This document shows positions 9,750 to 19,247 of a stretch of 64,000 nt of DNA, one piece after another. The DNA comes from Caldora sp. GTDB taxonomy: Bacteria > Cyanobacteriota > Cyanobacteriia > Cyanobacteriales > Coleofasciculaceae. The stretch covers positions 33,053 through 97,052 of the forward strand of contig CBDCVG010000043.1 in the NCBI GenBank assembly GCA_965222765.1, in the 5' to 3' direction. Numbering within the stretch: the first letter of the stretch is position 1; each line of letters starts with the position of its first letter. The notes beneath the pieces are model-generated. The model saw only the letters and a program-made list of their open reading frames with translations. It did not search any database and was not told the origin of the DNA. Made by a program: the position numbers and the translations under genes.

Positions 9750-11756
9750 CTACCCTGAGGCAGTAAATGTAATCTTAAAAATTGTTTCCTTCTCCCTCTC
9801 AAGTTCAATATTCCCCTTTAGCTGCTTAACTAAAGTCATAACTAGTTTGAGCCCCATAGATTGGACTGTTTGCAGCTCAAAATCTTGAGGCAGGTTATCA
9901 CCACTATTACCAACTGTTAAGATTAGTTGATTGTGAGTACTCGCTTCTAAATTGACAAATACTTCACCTTCTTGATAGTTGCGAAAACCATGTTTAAGGG
10001 CATTGGTAACTAATTCATTAATAATTAATCCACAGGGGACAGCTTGAGCAAGACTAATGAAGATCTCATGCTCTACTGTAACCTTAAAGGAAATAGCATC
10101 AGACTTGACGTTGTAAATCTGAAATAAGTTACCTGTCAGATTGCGCACATATTCAGTAAAGTTGATGCGGCTAAAGTCTCCAGAGCGATACAAATTATCG
10201 TGTACCAGCGCCATTGATTCGACTCGGTTACGGCATTCTTGCAGAATTGCTTGTGCTTGGGAGTCTTCAACACGATTAGCTTGTAGACGCAACAAGCTAG
10301 TAATAATTTGCAAGTTATTTTTCACCCGGTGGTGGATTTCTTTGAGTAGAACTTCTTTTTCCCTCAGGGATATCCGAATTTGTTCGTCTGAGAGTTTACG
10401 TACAGTCACATCCTCAGCAATTCCCGCAAGGCGGTATACTTCTCCATCTTCGTTGTGAATGGGAAAAGTACGCTCGTAGATCCACCGGATTTCTCCATCC
10501 GGTCGCACAATGCGATATTCTTTCGTGGTTGACTCCCCTTGCCGCTGTCGCTCAAAATCAGCGATCGCAATTCCTCGATCTTCCGGATGCACAGCTTCTA
10601 TCCATTGATAAGGAGCAGCCGACAAATTCCCGCAAGAGTATCCCACCATGCGCTCATAGGCAGGACTAACATAGAGCATTCGCTCACTATCTAGGGAAAA
10701 CAGCCAGAAGATATCTTCAATATTATCTGCCAACTGGCGGAACCGTTCCTCACTTTCCCGCAGTGCTGTTGCTGCTTGTCGGCGCTCTGTAACATCTCGC
10801 AAGGCAACCACATAAACTAATACTCCTTGCCAACTAGTTTCGGCTACCCTCATCTCCCCGATAACTAGTCCCCTTTCCGGGTGATTAATTCCTAACTCCG
10901 CTGTTTCTTCTACCACTATTGGCTCACCAAAATCGTGATCCAGCAACTCTTCTGGTTCCTTGCCAAACAGCTTAGCTACTGCTGGGTTAGCAAAACGCAC
11001 AATGCCTTGGAGATCTACTAACAAGATACCATCGGAGATACTGTTGACAATCGTGTATAGCCGTCCTTCACTTTCCCATAAAGCACTCTCAATAAACTTG
11101 TGCTCGGTAATATCTTGAGCTGTAGCAATAATTTGCTCAGGCATACCGTCAGGGGTTCTAGTAAACACCACATTCCGACTGCAAAGCCAACGCCAGGAAC
11201 CATCATTGTGTCTCAGCCGGAACTCCTGCTCAATTACTTCCCCATCACCGACTGTGGCAAATTTCCTGGGAAGTTCTTGAAACAAAGGTAAATCAGCTGG
11301 ATGCAATCTCTCGAGAAAAAACTCTGTTCCTAGTTGCTGGGGTGACTCAGAAGGAAAACCCAACATCTGAAAAACTTGGCGATTAATGTAGATGTTGTAC
11401 TCAGCAATCAAGTCGTAGATATAGAACAGCTGCGGCATCGTATCTGCAATACGCTGTACTAACAGCTGGCTGCGATGTAGTCCCTCTCTACTCTCCTGCA
11501 AGGCTTCCTCTGTCTGTTGATGTTCTTTTACCTCAGCTTGCAGTTGACTATAGTCGAGTTCTAACTCAGCAATTCTTTGTTCAAATTCTGATGCTACCTG
11601 CTCCTGAGCTATTTGCACCTCTTGCAAACTGGTGTGGAGTTCCTCAAAAACTTGTGTTAACCATTGGGATTGTTCCTGAGTTTGAGGTAATTTGTTGACC
11701 CCTTGTTGTAGTAAACTTAGGCGATCGCGCAGATAATCAAATTTGTCATTTGTCAT
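9750..11756 (-). CDS. Multi-PAS sensor histidine kinase, HisKA_2/HWE-type (HHRVKNNLQ) with HATPase_c
   Basis: Coiled-coil N-terminus, at least 3 PAS-like segments, H-box EIHHRVKNNLQIITSLLRLQ, C-terminal ATP-binding region. Sits upstream of, and co-oriented with, the REC-GGDEF gene. Confidence 0.7.
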   Translation of the reverse strand: MTNDKFDYLRDRLSLLQQGVNKLPQTQEQSQWLTQVFEELHTSLQEVQIAQEQVASEFEQRIAELELDYSQLQAEVKEHQQTEEALQESREGLHRSQLLVQRIADTMPQLFYIYDLIAEYNIYINRQVFQMLGFPSESPQQLGTEFFLERLHPADLPLFQELPRKFATVGDGEVIEQEFRLRHNDGSWRWLCSRNVVFTRTPDGMPEQIIATAQDITEHKFIESALWESEGRLYTIVNSISDGILLVDLQGIVRFANPAVAKLFGKEPEELLDHDFGEPIVVEETAELGINHPERGLVIGEMRVAETSWQGVLVYVVALRDVTERRQAATALRESEERFRQLADNIEDIFWLFSLDSERMLYVSPAYERMVGYSCGNLSAAPYQWIEAVHPEDRGIAIADFERQRQGESTTKEYRIVRPDGEIRWIYERTFPIHNEDGEVYRLAGIAEDVTVRKLSDEQIRISLREKEVLLKEIHHRVKNNLQIITSLLRLQANRVEDSQAQAILQECRNRVESMALVHDNLYRSGDFSRINFTEYVRNLTGNLFQIYNVKSDAISFKVTVEHEIFISLAQAVPCGLIINELVTNALKHGFRNYQEGEVFVNLEASTHNQLILTVGNSGDNLPQDFELQTVQSMGLKLVMTLVKQLKGNIELEREKETIFKITFTASG

Positions 11757-11934
11757 TTGTTATTTGTCATTTGTCATTTGTTATTTGTCATTTGTCATTT
11801 GTTATTTGTCATTTGTCATTTGTTATTTGTCATTTGTCATTTGTTATTTGTCATTTGTCATTTGTTATTTGTCATTTGTCATTTGTTATTTGTTGTTTGT
11901 TGTTTGTTGTTTGTTGTTTGTTGTTTGTTGTTTG
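11741..11934. repeat. Long STRR array: (CATTTGT/TATTTGT) about 20 copies followed by (TGTTTGT) about 7 copies. The first units overlap the annotated start codon of the histidine kinase.
   Basis: Direct reading. The +strand ORFs 11743-12105 are translations of this repeat and are not genes. Confidence 0.9.
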
Positions 11935-12289
11935 GGAATCGAAAACAATTGCTGCCAATCCTTTTTCTTCCTGCTCTCCTACTCCTTTTTCCTCTTTGTC
12001 TCCCCATCCCAATGCTATACCAGGGCAAGCTCATCTAAATTAGTATCAAAGACTACAGATAAAAATTCAAGGATAGTGTCACAATCCTCAACTCAGGTTG
12101 ATTAATGTCAACAAATTGCCCTTATTCTCAATAATCTGAGGATTATTCCTTCTGTGATTTGAGAAAGCTGGAAATCTTAATTGCGATCGCAACAACTTGT
12201 TTTCTTCCTGCTTCAAAGCAAGCCAAGAATTCGGAATATATAGAACTAAAGTACTATCTGACACCAGATGACTCAATCTGCTCAAAAAT

Positions 12290-12400
12290 CTAGGACTGAT
12301 GCACCGTAACGGAATTATGTCATCCTGAGCGATAGCGAAGGATCTCCAAACAGCTCCGATGCTTCACTATCACCTATCTCTAGCTCAAGTTGACACTAAT
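12290..12400 (+). repeat. Copy A of an approximately 105-bp dispersed element (inverted copy at 58326-58443)
   Basis: ggactgatgcaccgtaacggaattatgtcatcctgagcgatagcgaaggatctccaaacagctccgatgcttcactatcacc is about 85% identical to the reverse complement of 58340-58443. Confidence 0.75.
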
Positions 12401-12504
12401 GCTCTATACCAAAAAAGTAAAATAAATTCTCTGCTGCGTAAAAGACAAGGAAACTGCTGATAAGTATCACAGCTACCCAAAAATTCACTTCAATTCAGCG
12501 CATT

Positions 12505-15426
12505 ATGAGTCATCGTCTCAAGTATCCATGGATATTGTGGAACAAGCTTCCTAGCTTTGCCTATCACTGTTTCGCTGTATTAGTGAGTTTTGTCTTCTTT
12601 TGGGATGTAGGGATAGGTATTGTTAGAGCAAGTGAGGCTAATGGTAGTAAAGCAGTGCAGATGGCACAACAGGATGATGGTTCTACTGAACCTAATAGTA
12701 GTGCAGCAGAACAAGTCTTTGCTGAGGGAGTGCAACTATATCAGCAAGGAACAGCAGAATCTCGACGACAGGCAATTCCTAAATTTGAACAAGCTGCCAT
12801 CCTCTATCGTCAAGCAGGTGACAAAGGCTCAGAAGCCTCTTCTCTCGTTGCTCTTGGCTTTATCTACAACTCATTAGGAGAAAAGCAGAAAGCCTTAGAA
12901 TTCTACAACCAAGCTTTGCCCCTATTTCGGGCGGTGGAGGATCGAGAGGGGGAAGCCACTACTCTCAATAATATTGGTGCTGTCTACAACTCATTAGGAG
13001 AAAGGCAGAAAGCCTTGGAATTCTACAACCAAGCTTTGCCCCTATTTCGGGCGGTGGGGGATCGAGGGAAGGAAGCCGCTACTCTCACTAATATTGGTGT
13101 TGTCTACGATGATTTAAGAGAAAAGCAGAAAGCTTTGGAATTCTACAACCAAGCTTTGCCCCTATTTCAGGCAGTGGGGGATCGAGGGAAGGAAGCCGCT
13201 ACTCTCACTAATATTGGCTCTGTCTACGATGATTTAAGAGAAAAGCAGAAAGCCTTGGAATTCTACAACCAAGCTTTGCCCCTATTTCGGGCGGTGGGGG
13301 ATCGAGAGGGGGAAGCTGCTACTCTCAATAATATTGGCTTAGTCTACTCTGATTTAGGAGAAAAGCAGAAAGCTTTGGAATTCTGCAACCTAGCTTTGCC
13401 CTTAACACGGGTGGTGGGGGATCGAGGTGGGGAAGCTAATACCCTCCATAACATCGCCTTCTTGCAGCACAGCCAAGGCAATCTGAAAGCAGCGTTAACC
13501 CTGATGGATCGCGCTATCACTATTGTTGAAGAACTCCGCACCAAAATTGGCTCCCAAGAACTCCGCGCCTCCTACTTTGCCACCGTCCAAAAGTACTACG
13601 AATTCTACATCGACTTGCTGATGCAACTGCATCAACAAAACCCCAATCAAGGATACGATGCCCTCGCCCTCCACGCCAACGAACGCTCCCGCGCCCGTAG
13701 TCTTCTCGAACTCCTCACCGAAGCCAATGCAGATATCCGCCAGGGTGTAGAACCCCAACTAATTGAACAAGAGCGCACCTTACAGCAAAAACTTGATGCT
13801 ATTGAAAAACGCCGCGTAGAACTATTCAGTGGCAACTACACCCAACAACAAGCTACCGCAATTGAACAAGAAAGGAAACAACTGCTATCCCAATACCAGG
13901 AAATCCAAACAAAAATCCGCACTACTAGTCCCCGTTATGCTGCTCTAACTCAACCTGAGCCTCTCACTCTCACAGAAATTCAGCAGCAGATTCTAGATGA
14001 AGATACCCTACTATTACAATATTCCCTTGGTAAAGAGCGTAGTTATCTCTGGGCTGTTAGTAAAACCAGCATCAGCAGCTACGAATTACCCCCAAGAGCA
14101 GAAATCGAAACTGCCACCAAACAGTTCTATGAATTACTCAAAACCCCAGGCTTTCATCTAGAAGACACCAGAGGCAGTATTCGAGTAGAAAATGTCAAAG
14201 CCACCGAAGCCGTCAGCCAAATCAGCCAAATGCTCCTAGCACCTGTAGCTGAGGAATTAGGTAACAAACGGCTACTGATTGTTAGTGATGGTGCTTTGCA
14301 GTACATACCCTTCTCGGCTCTACCTCTACCAGGAACCTCCGGTGAGGATGGGGATTGTGTTAACCAAACTACCTCGACAATGGGCAAGGGGTTGCTGGGG
14401 GCGGGTTTATCTAAATTCAAGCAAACAAGGGAATTTGTTGGTGAACCCGCCCCTACAGAGGATGAACAGGAACCTGATGAATCGCAATTGCCTCATATCA
14501 TGGGATTGGTAGGGGCGGGTTTTTCGAGCTCTCAACCAAGAGGCGAAATTCTAGCTAAACCCGCCCTGACGGCATCTGAAACCGCTCCTACGGCTTGCAA
14601 CGAAGAGAGGAAAATTACCCCCCTTCTAGCCAATAACGAAATCGTCAATCTACCTTCTGCCACTACCCTAGGGATTATTCGACAGGAACAAACAACCAGA
14701 AAAACTGCACCTAAAGCGATCGCTATTCTTGCAGATCCTGTCTTTAGCTCCAATGATGAGCGCTTAACTAACAACAAACAAAAGAGCGATCGCACTCTAC
14801 CACAACAACTACTCGATCGCTCTGCCAGAGAAACCGATATCGGTGTCTGGCAAAGGCTACCAGGAACTCGCACTGAAGCCGAAGCCATCATGGCACTAGT
14901 ACCAGATTCAGAACGAGTGCATGGCTTTGACTTTGCTGCCAATCGGGAAATGATCACTAATCCCCAACTGAGTGATTACCGCATCATCCACCTTGCTACC
15001 CACGGCTTACTCAACAGCACCAATCCTGAATTATCCGGAGTCGTACTCTCCCTCTTCGATGAACAAGGCAACTCCCAAAACGGCTTCCTAAGACTCCATG
15101 ATGTCTTCAACCTCAACTTACCTGCGGAACTCGTAGTATTGAGTGCCTGTCAAACGGGATTAGGACAGGAAGTCAAAGGAGAAGGACTAGTGGGGTTGAC
15201 AAGAGGCTTCATGTATGCAGGTTCACCACGGGTATTAGTAAGTCTGTGGAATGTCAGTGATGAAGCCACGGCAGAGATGATGAGTCGCTTCTACCGCAAG
15301 ATGTTAGAAGAAGGCTTGTCAGCAACGGCAGCTTTAAGAGCAGCACAGTTAGAAATGCAACAAGAGACTCAGTGGGATGCTCCTTATTATTGGGCAGCTT
15401 TTACTCTTCAAGGGGAGTGGAGGTAA
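12505..15426 (+). CDS. TPR-repeat + CHAT-domain (caspase-like) protein with N-terminal TM segment
   Basis: Six 42-aa TPR-like units (ALEFYNQALPLFRAVGDR.GEA.TL.NIG.VY..L.EKQK). C-terminal CHAT signature (IIHLATHG ... VLSACQTG ... SLWNVSD). Confidence 0.8.
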   Translation: MSHRLKYPWILWNKLPSFAYHCFAVLVSFVFFWDVGIGIVRASEANGSKAVQMAQQDDGSTEPNSSAAEQVFAEGVQLYQQGTAESRRQAIPKFEQAAILYRQAGDKGSEASSLVALGFIYNSLGEKQKALEFYNQALPLFRAVEDREGEATTLNNIGAVYNSLGERQKALEFYNQALPLFRAVGDRGKEAATLTNIGVVYDDLREKQKALEFYNQALPLFQAVGDRGKEAATLTNIGSVYDDLREKQKALEFYNQALPLFRAVGDREGEAATLNNIGLVYSDLGEKQKALEFCNLALPLTRVVGDRGGEANTLHNIAFLQHSQGNLKAALTLMDRAITIVEELRTKIGSQELRASYFATVQKYYEFYIDLLMQLHQQNPNQGYDALALHANERSRARSLLELLTEANADIRQGVEPQLIEQERTLQQKLDAIEKRRVELFSGNYTQQQATAIEQERKQLLSQYQEIQTKIRTTSPRYAALTQPEPLTLTEIQQQILDEDTLLLQYSLGKERSYLWAVSKTSISSYELPPRAEIETATKQFYELLKTPGFHLEDTRGSIRVENVKATEAVSQISQMLLAPVAEELGNKRLLIVSDGALQYIPFSALPLPGTSGEDGDCVNQTTSTMGKGLLGAGLSKFKQTREFVGEPAPTEDEQEPDESQLPHIMGLVGAGFSSSQPRGEILAKPALTASETAPTACNEERKITPLLANNEIVNLPSATTLGIIRQEQTTRKTAPKAIAILADPVFSSNDERLTNNKQKSDRTLPQQLLDRSARETDIGVWQRLPGTRTEAEAIMALVPDSERVHGFDFAANREMITNPQLSDYRIIHLATHGLLNSTNPELSGVVLSLFDEQGNSQNGFLRLHDVFNLNLPAELVVLSACQTGLGQEVKGEGLVGLTRGFMYAGSPRVLVSLWNVSDEATAEMMSRFYRKMLEEGLSATAALRAAQLEMQQETQWDAPYYWAAFTLQGEWR
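12878..13400. repeat. 126-bp in-frame tandem repeat (about 4 copies) encoding the TPR units of the CHAT protein
   Basis: gaattctacaaccaagctttgcccctatttcgggcggtgg... recurs every 126 nt with only a few substitutions. Confidence 0.85.
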
Positions 15427-15442
15427 TGAGTGCCTGAGGGCG

Positions 15443-15488
15443 AATTAAGAATTAAGAATTAAGAATTAAGAATTAAGAATTAAGAATT
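15443..15488. repeat. STRR heptamer array (AAGAATT x6-7)
   Basis: aattaagaattaagaattaagaattaagaattaagaattg. Confidence 0.9.
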
Positions 15489-15646
15489 GCGTTCTCTGTG
15501 ACTCTGTGGTGATTTCAAGTTTGGTAATGGTTAATCTTTTATTCAGCAAGCCCTACTTTATGCTTGTTTTCATCCACTAGCTGAAGTCAAAGTGGTTTGA
15601 AACTGCGTCTATAATTAAGTGAAACACTACATGAGGAGATCCTTTT

Positions 15647-18220
15647 GTGCAGTCACGTTACAATCCGGTTGAGATAGAGGAAAAATGGCAAAAGATTTGG
15701 ACAGAGCAAGGCTTGTACCAAACCGACACCCAAACCGATAAGCCGAAGTTCTACGCTCTGTCGATGTTCCCCTATCCATCGGGTAATCTGCACATGGGTC
15801 ATGTCCGTAACTATACTATTACGGATGTCATTGCCAGGAAGAGCCGGATGCAAGGTTATCGGGTATTACATCCCATGGGTTGGGATGCCTTCGGTTTACC
15901 GGCAGAAAATGCGGCAATCGCCCGTCAGGTTCATCCAGCCAAATGGACTTATCAAAATATTGCTCAGATGAAGTCTGAGTTAAAGCAGTTAGGACTTTCC
16001 TATGACTGGGATTGTGAGCTTGCTACCTGTTCTGCTGACTATTATCACTGGACTCAGTGGATTTTCTTGCAATTTTTCCAGGCTGGCTTAGCTTACCAAA
16101 AAGAAGCCGCTGTTAACTGGGATCCTGTAGATCAAACAGTATTAGCCAACGAGCAGGTAGATAGTCAAGGTCGTTCTTGGCGTTCCGGTGCCTTAGTAGA
16201 GCGTAAAATGTTAAGGCAGTGGTTCCTCAAAATTACTGACTATGCTGAGGAATTACTCAATGACTTAGATAAATTAACCGGTTGGCCAGAGCGAGTCAAG
16301 GTAATGCAGGCTCACTGGATTGGTAAGTCTGTGGGAGCCTATCTGGAATTTCCCATCGTTGGGTTAGCAGAAAAAATCGGGGTGTTTACCACTCGTCCCG
16401 ATACAGCTTATGGTGTTACTTATGTTGTCCTCGCACCGGAGCATCCCCTCACTGCCAAAGTTACTACTCCTGAGCAACAAGCCTCAATTGAAGCATTTAT
16501 TGAAGAAGTCGCCAATCAGAGTGAACTAGAGCGCACAGCTGAAGATAAACCCAAACGGGGTATTCCTACAGGAGGGAAGGCAATCAATCCCTTTACTGGA
16601 GAAGAGATTCCCATTTTGATTGCTGATTACGTACTCTATGAATACGGTACTGGAGCTGTGATGGGAGTACCAGCTCATGATATCAGGGACTTCAAATTTG
16701 CTACGGAAAAGAATTTACCCATCAAAGTGGTAATTGTACCAACTACAGAAGATGTAGCAACATTCGCTCAAACTCCACTCGAGGAAGCTTACACTGAACC
16801 CGGAATTATGGTCAATTCCGGTGAGTTTAATGGCAAGAACTCGTCGGCAGGCAAACAAGCAGTTATTGAATACGCCCAAGAACAAGGATACGGTAAAGAA
16901 AGAATTCAATACCGCCTCCGAGATTGGCTAATTTCCCGACAAAGGTACTGGGGTGCGCCAATTCCGGTGATTCACTGTCCTCAGTGCGGTACCATACCAG
17001 TACCGGAAGCAGACTTGCCAGTAGAATTACCAGAAAATGTATCATTTACTGGTGGTAAGGTGTCTTCCTTAGCGGAGTTAGCAGACTGGGTAAACGTACC
17101 TTGTCCCAATTGCAGCACAGAAGCAAAGCGGGAAACCGATACCATGGATACCTTCATCGATTCTTCTTGGTATTTCCTCCGCTACCCAGACGCCAACAAT
17201 GGCAAGCAAATATTTGATACCAACCAAACTAATGACTGGATGCCAGTGGATCAATATGTGGGAGGGATTGAACACGCAATTCTGCACTTATTGTACTCCC
17301 GCTTCTTTACTAAAGTACTACGCGATCGCGGTTTATTGAACTTCGATGAACCCTTCCAACGTCTGTTAACTCAAGGTATGGTACAGGGTTTAACTTACCT
17401 CAATCCCCGCACTGGCAAGTGGATTCCTTCAGCAGAAGTAGATCCGGCTGAACCCAAAGATCCGGAAACCGGGGAAACATTGGAAGTTTCCTACAAAACG
17501 ATGTCCAAATCCAAGTACAACGGTGTTGCTCCCAAGGAGGTAATTAATAAGTACGGAGCAGATACTGCCAGGATGTTCATTCTCTTCAAAGCACCACCAG
17601 AAAAAGACTTGGAGTGGGATGAAGCAGATGTAGAAGGGCAATTCCGTTTTCTCAACCGCGTCTGGCGTTTGGTGACAGAGTTTGCTGCCAAAAATACTGA
17701 ATACTCTACTGCAAAACTGAAAAAGTTGAGTAAAGATGAAAAAGATTTGCGGCGAGCAATCCACACAGCCATTAAAGAAGTAACTGAGGATTTAGAGGGA
17801 GATTACCAATTCAATACTGCGGTTTCGGAGTTAATGAAACTCAGCAACGCTCTTACTGATGCTAACTGCCAAGATTCCCCAGTATATGCTGAAGGAATTG
17901 AAACTCTCATCCTGTTATTGGCTCCCTTTGCACCCCACATTGCCGAGGAACTATGGCAACAAATTGGTCATACTGATTCAGTACATACCCAAAACTGGTC
18001 TAAATATGATCCAGCTGCCTTAGTAGCCGATGAAATTACCCTAGTAATTCAAATTATGGGCAAAACCCGTGGCACAATTCAAGTACCAGCACAATCGGAT
18101 AAACAAGCCTTGGAACAGTATGCCAGAGAATCAGAGGTTGCCGAGCGCTATCTTCAGGGTAAAGAGATTAAAAAGGTGATTGTCGTACCTGGAAAGTTGG
18201 TAAATTTTGTAGTGGGTTGA
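15647..18220 (+). CDS. leuS: Leucine--tRNA ligase
   Basis: GTG start. [14 protein letters not shown], class I HIGH-type motif [20 protein letters not shown], 857 aa. Confidence 0.95.
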   Translation: MQSRYNPVEIEEKWQKIWTEQGLYQTDTQTDKPKFYALSMFPYPSGNLHMGHVRNYTITDVIARKSRMQGYRVLHPMGWDAFGLPAENAAIARQVHPAKWTYQNIAQMKSELKQLGLSYDWDCELATCSADYYHWTQWIFLQFFQAGLAYQKEAAVNWDPVDQTVLANEQVDSQGRSWRSGALVERKMLRQWFLKITDYAEELLNDLDKLTGWPERVKVMQAHWIGKSVGAYLEFPIVGLAEKIGVFTTRPDTAYGVTYVVLAPEHPLTAKVTTPEQQASIEAFIEEVANQSELERTAEDKPKRGIPTGGKAINPFTGEEIPILIADYVLYEYGTGAVMGVPAHDIRDFKFATEKNLPIKVVIVPTTEDVATFAQTPLEEAYTEPGIMVNSGEFNGKNSSAGKQAVIEYAQEQGYGKERIQYRLRDWLISRQRYWGAPIPVIHCPQCGTIPVPEADLPVELPENVSFTGGKVSSLAELADWVNVPCPNCSTEAKRETDTMDTFIDSSWYFLRYPDANNGKQIFDTNQTNDWMPVDQYVGGIEHAILHLLYSRFFTKVLRDRGLLNFDEPFQRLLTQGMVQGLTYLNPRTGKWIPSAEVDPAEPKDPETGETLEVSYKTMSKSKYNGVAPKEVINKYGADTARMFILFKAPPEKDLEWDEADVEGQFRFLNRVWRLVTEFAAKNTEYSTAKLKKLSKDEKDLRRAIHTAIKEVTEDLEGDYQFNTAVSELMKLSNALTDANCQDSPVYAEGIETLILLLAPFAPHIAEELWQQIGHTDSVHTQNWSKYDPAALVADEITLVIQIMGKTRGTIQVPAQSDKQALEQYARESEVAERYLQGKEIKKVIVVPGKLVNFVVG

Positions 18221-18226
18221 AGAATT

Positions 18227-18430
18227 GGCTTGCTGAATAAGTCGTAATTTTCGGGTTGCCATAGATGTTAGGTGGTAGTAGCGCGACACAGCTAAAAATG
18301 TAGGTTGGGTGTAACGAAGTGAAACCCAACAGAATATACGCCGGTGTTGGGTTACGAAGAAAGCTCCACCCAACCTACTTATTCTCTCATTTTAGCTGTG
18401 TCGCGCCAGTAGCATTGTTTAGAGTAGTTG
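18227..18430 (+). mobile_element. MITE-like element immediately 3' of leuS: GGCTTGCTGAATAAGTCGTAATTTTCGG head followed by an approximately 150-bp imperfect palindrome
   Basis: Head motif is shared with 54226, 35354 and 63450 (+) and with 15538 and 34787 (-). Long inverted repeat cgcgacacagctaaaaatgtaggttgggtg ... cacccaacctact ... cattttagctgtgtcgcg. Confidence 0.6.
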
Positions 18431-18747
18431 ATAGTGCTGCTAATCAAAAGGCTTGTCCGGTCTTTTCAACTTGTTACATAAATGGAGCAGCCGAAGGTAT
18501 AAAATAATGGTGTCAACTAGATAGCAAACATTATTAATTCTTAATTCCGCGCAGCGCTACTAGTGACTCAAATCACAGGCAAGCAACTCATATCTCACAC
18601 AAAAACCTGATGCTAATTTCAGTTTGTGGTGTTTGACTTAACAAGTTGTTGGGACGCAAATCATTTAGTCCCTCAAGTAAATATCTCAATATTAACCATG
18701 TCAGCTCAAAAAATATTTAATTTATCAGTACAACGGAGAAAAAAACA

Positions 18748-19236
18748 ATGCAACTAAAGATTTTAGCAACTCTTGCCTTAGTAACTCCTCTGTTTCTAAC
18801 TAGCTCAGTTAAAGCCGAAAATCCTGATCATGTGCAACAGCTATTGCTAACTAAAGAATGTGCCGGTTGTAATTTAGCAGGAGCTGACCTTTCAGAAACA
18901 GATCTTTCAGAAACCCATTTGATTGGTGCTGACTTGAGGAACGCTAACCTACGAGGAACCAATTTAGTTGATGCTAATTTAGAAGGTGCGGATCTCAATG
19001 GAGCTAATCTACAAGGCGCTAACTTAACAGCAGCTTTTCTGACCAATGTCTGCCTTAATGATACCAATCTTAACCAGGTTAATTTAACCCGTGCTCAGAT
19101 TTATGATACAGATGTGTCAGGAGCCTTAATGGAAGAAATCATCTTAACTGATGCTGAAGTATATAACACTAGTATTGGTATTGGTGGAGTATATCCTGTA
19201 GAGGTAGGCTCTTCTCCTTGTAGCCTGGACAATTGA
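18748..19236 (+). CDS. Secreted pentapeptide-repeat protein
   Basis: Signal peptide MQLKILATLALVTPLFLTSSVKA, then consecutive A(D/N)LxG pentapeptide repeats (ADLSE TDLSE THLIG ADLRN ANLRG TNLVD ANLEG ADLNG ANLQG ANLTA). Confidence 0.85.
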   Translation: MQLKILATLALVTPLFLTSSVKAENPDHVQQLLLTKECAGCNLAGADLSETDLSETHLIGADLRNANLRGTNLVDANLEGADLNGANLQGANLTAAFLTNVCLNDTNLNQVNLTRAQIYDTDVSGALMEEIILTDAEVYNTSIGIGGVYPVEVGSSPCSLDN

Positions 19237-19247
19237 GTTAGGACATA

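Noticed and set aside
11743-12105. Three overlapping + strand ORFs (SFVICYL..., SFVICHL..., LFVICHL...)
   Set aside because: They are translations of the CATTTGT/TGTTTGT heptamer array in three frames. They have no complexity and no RBS.
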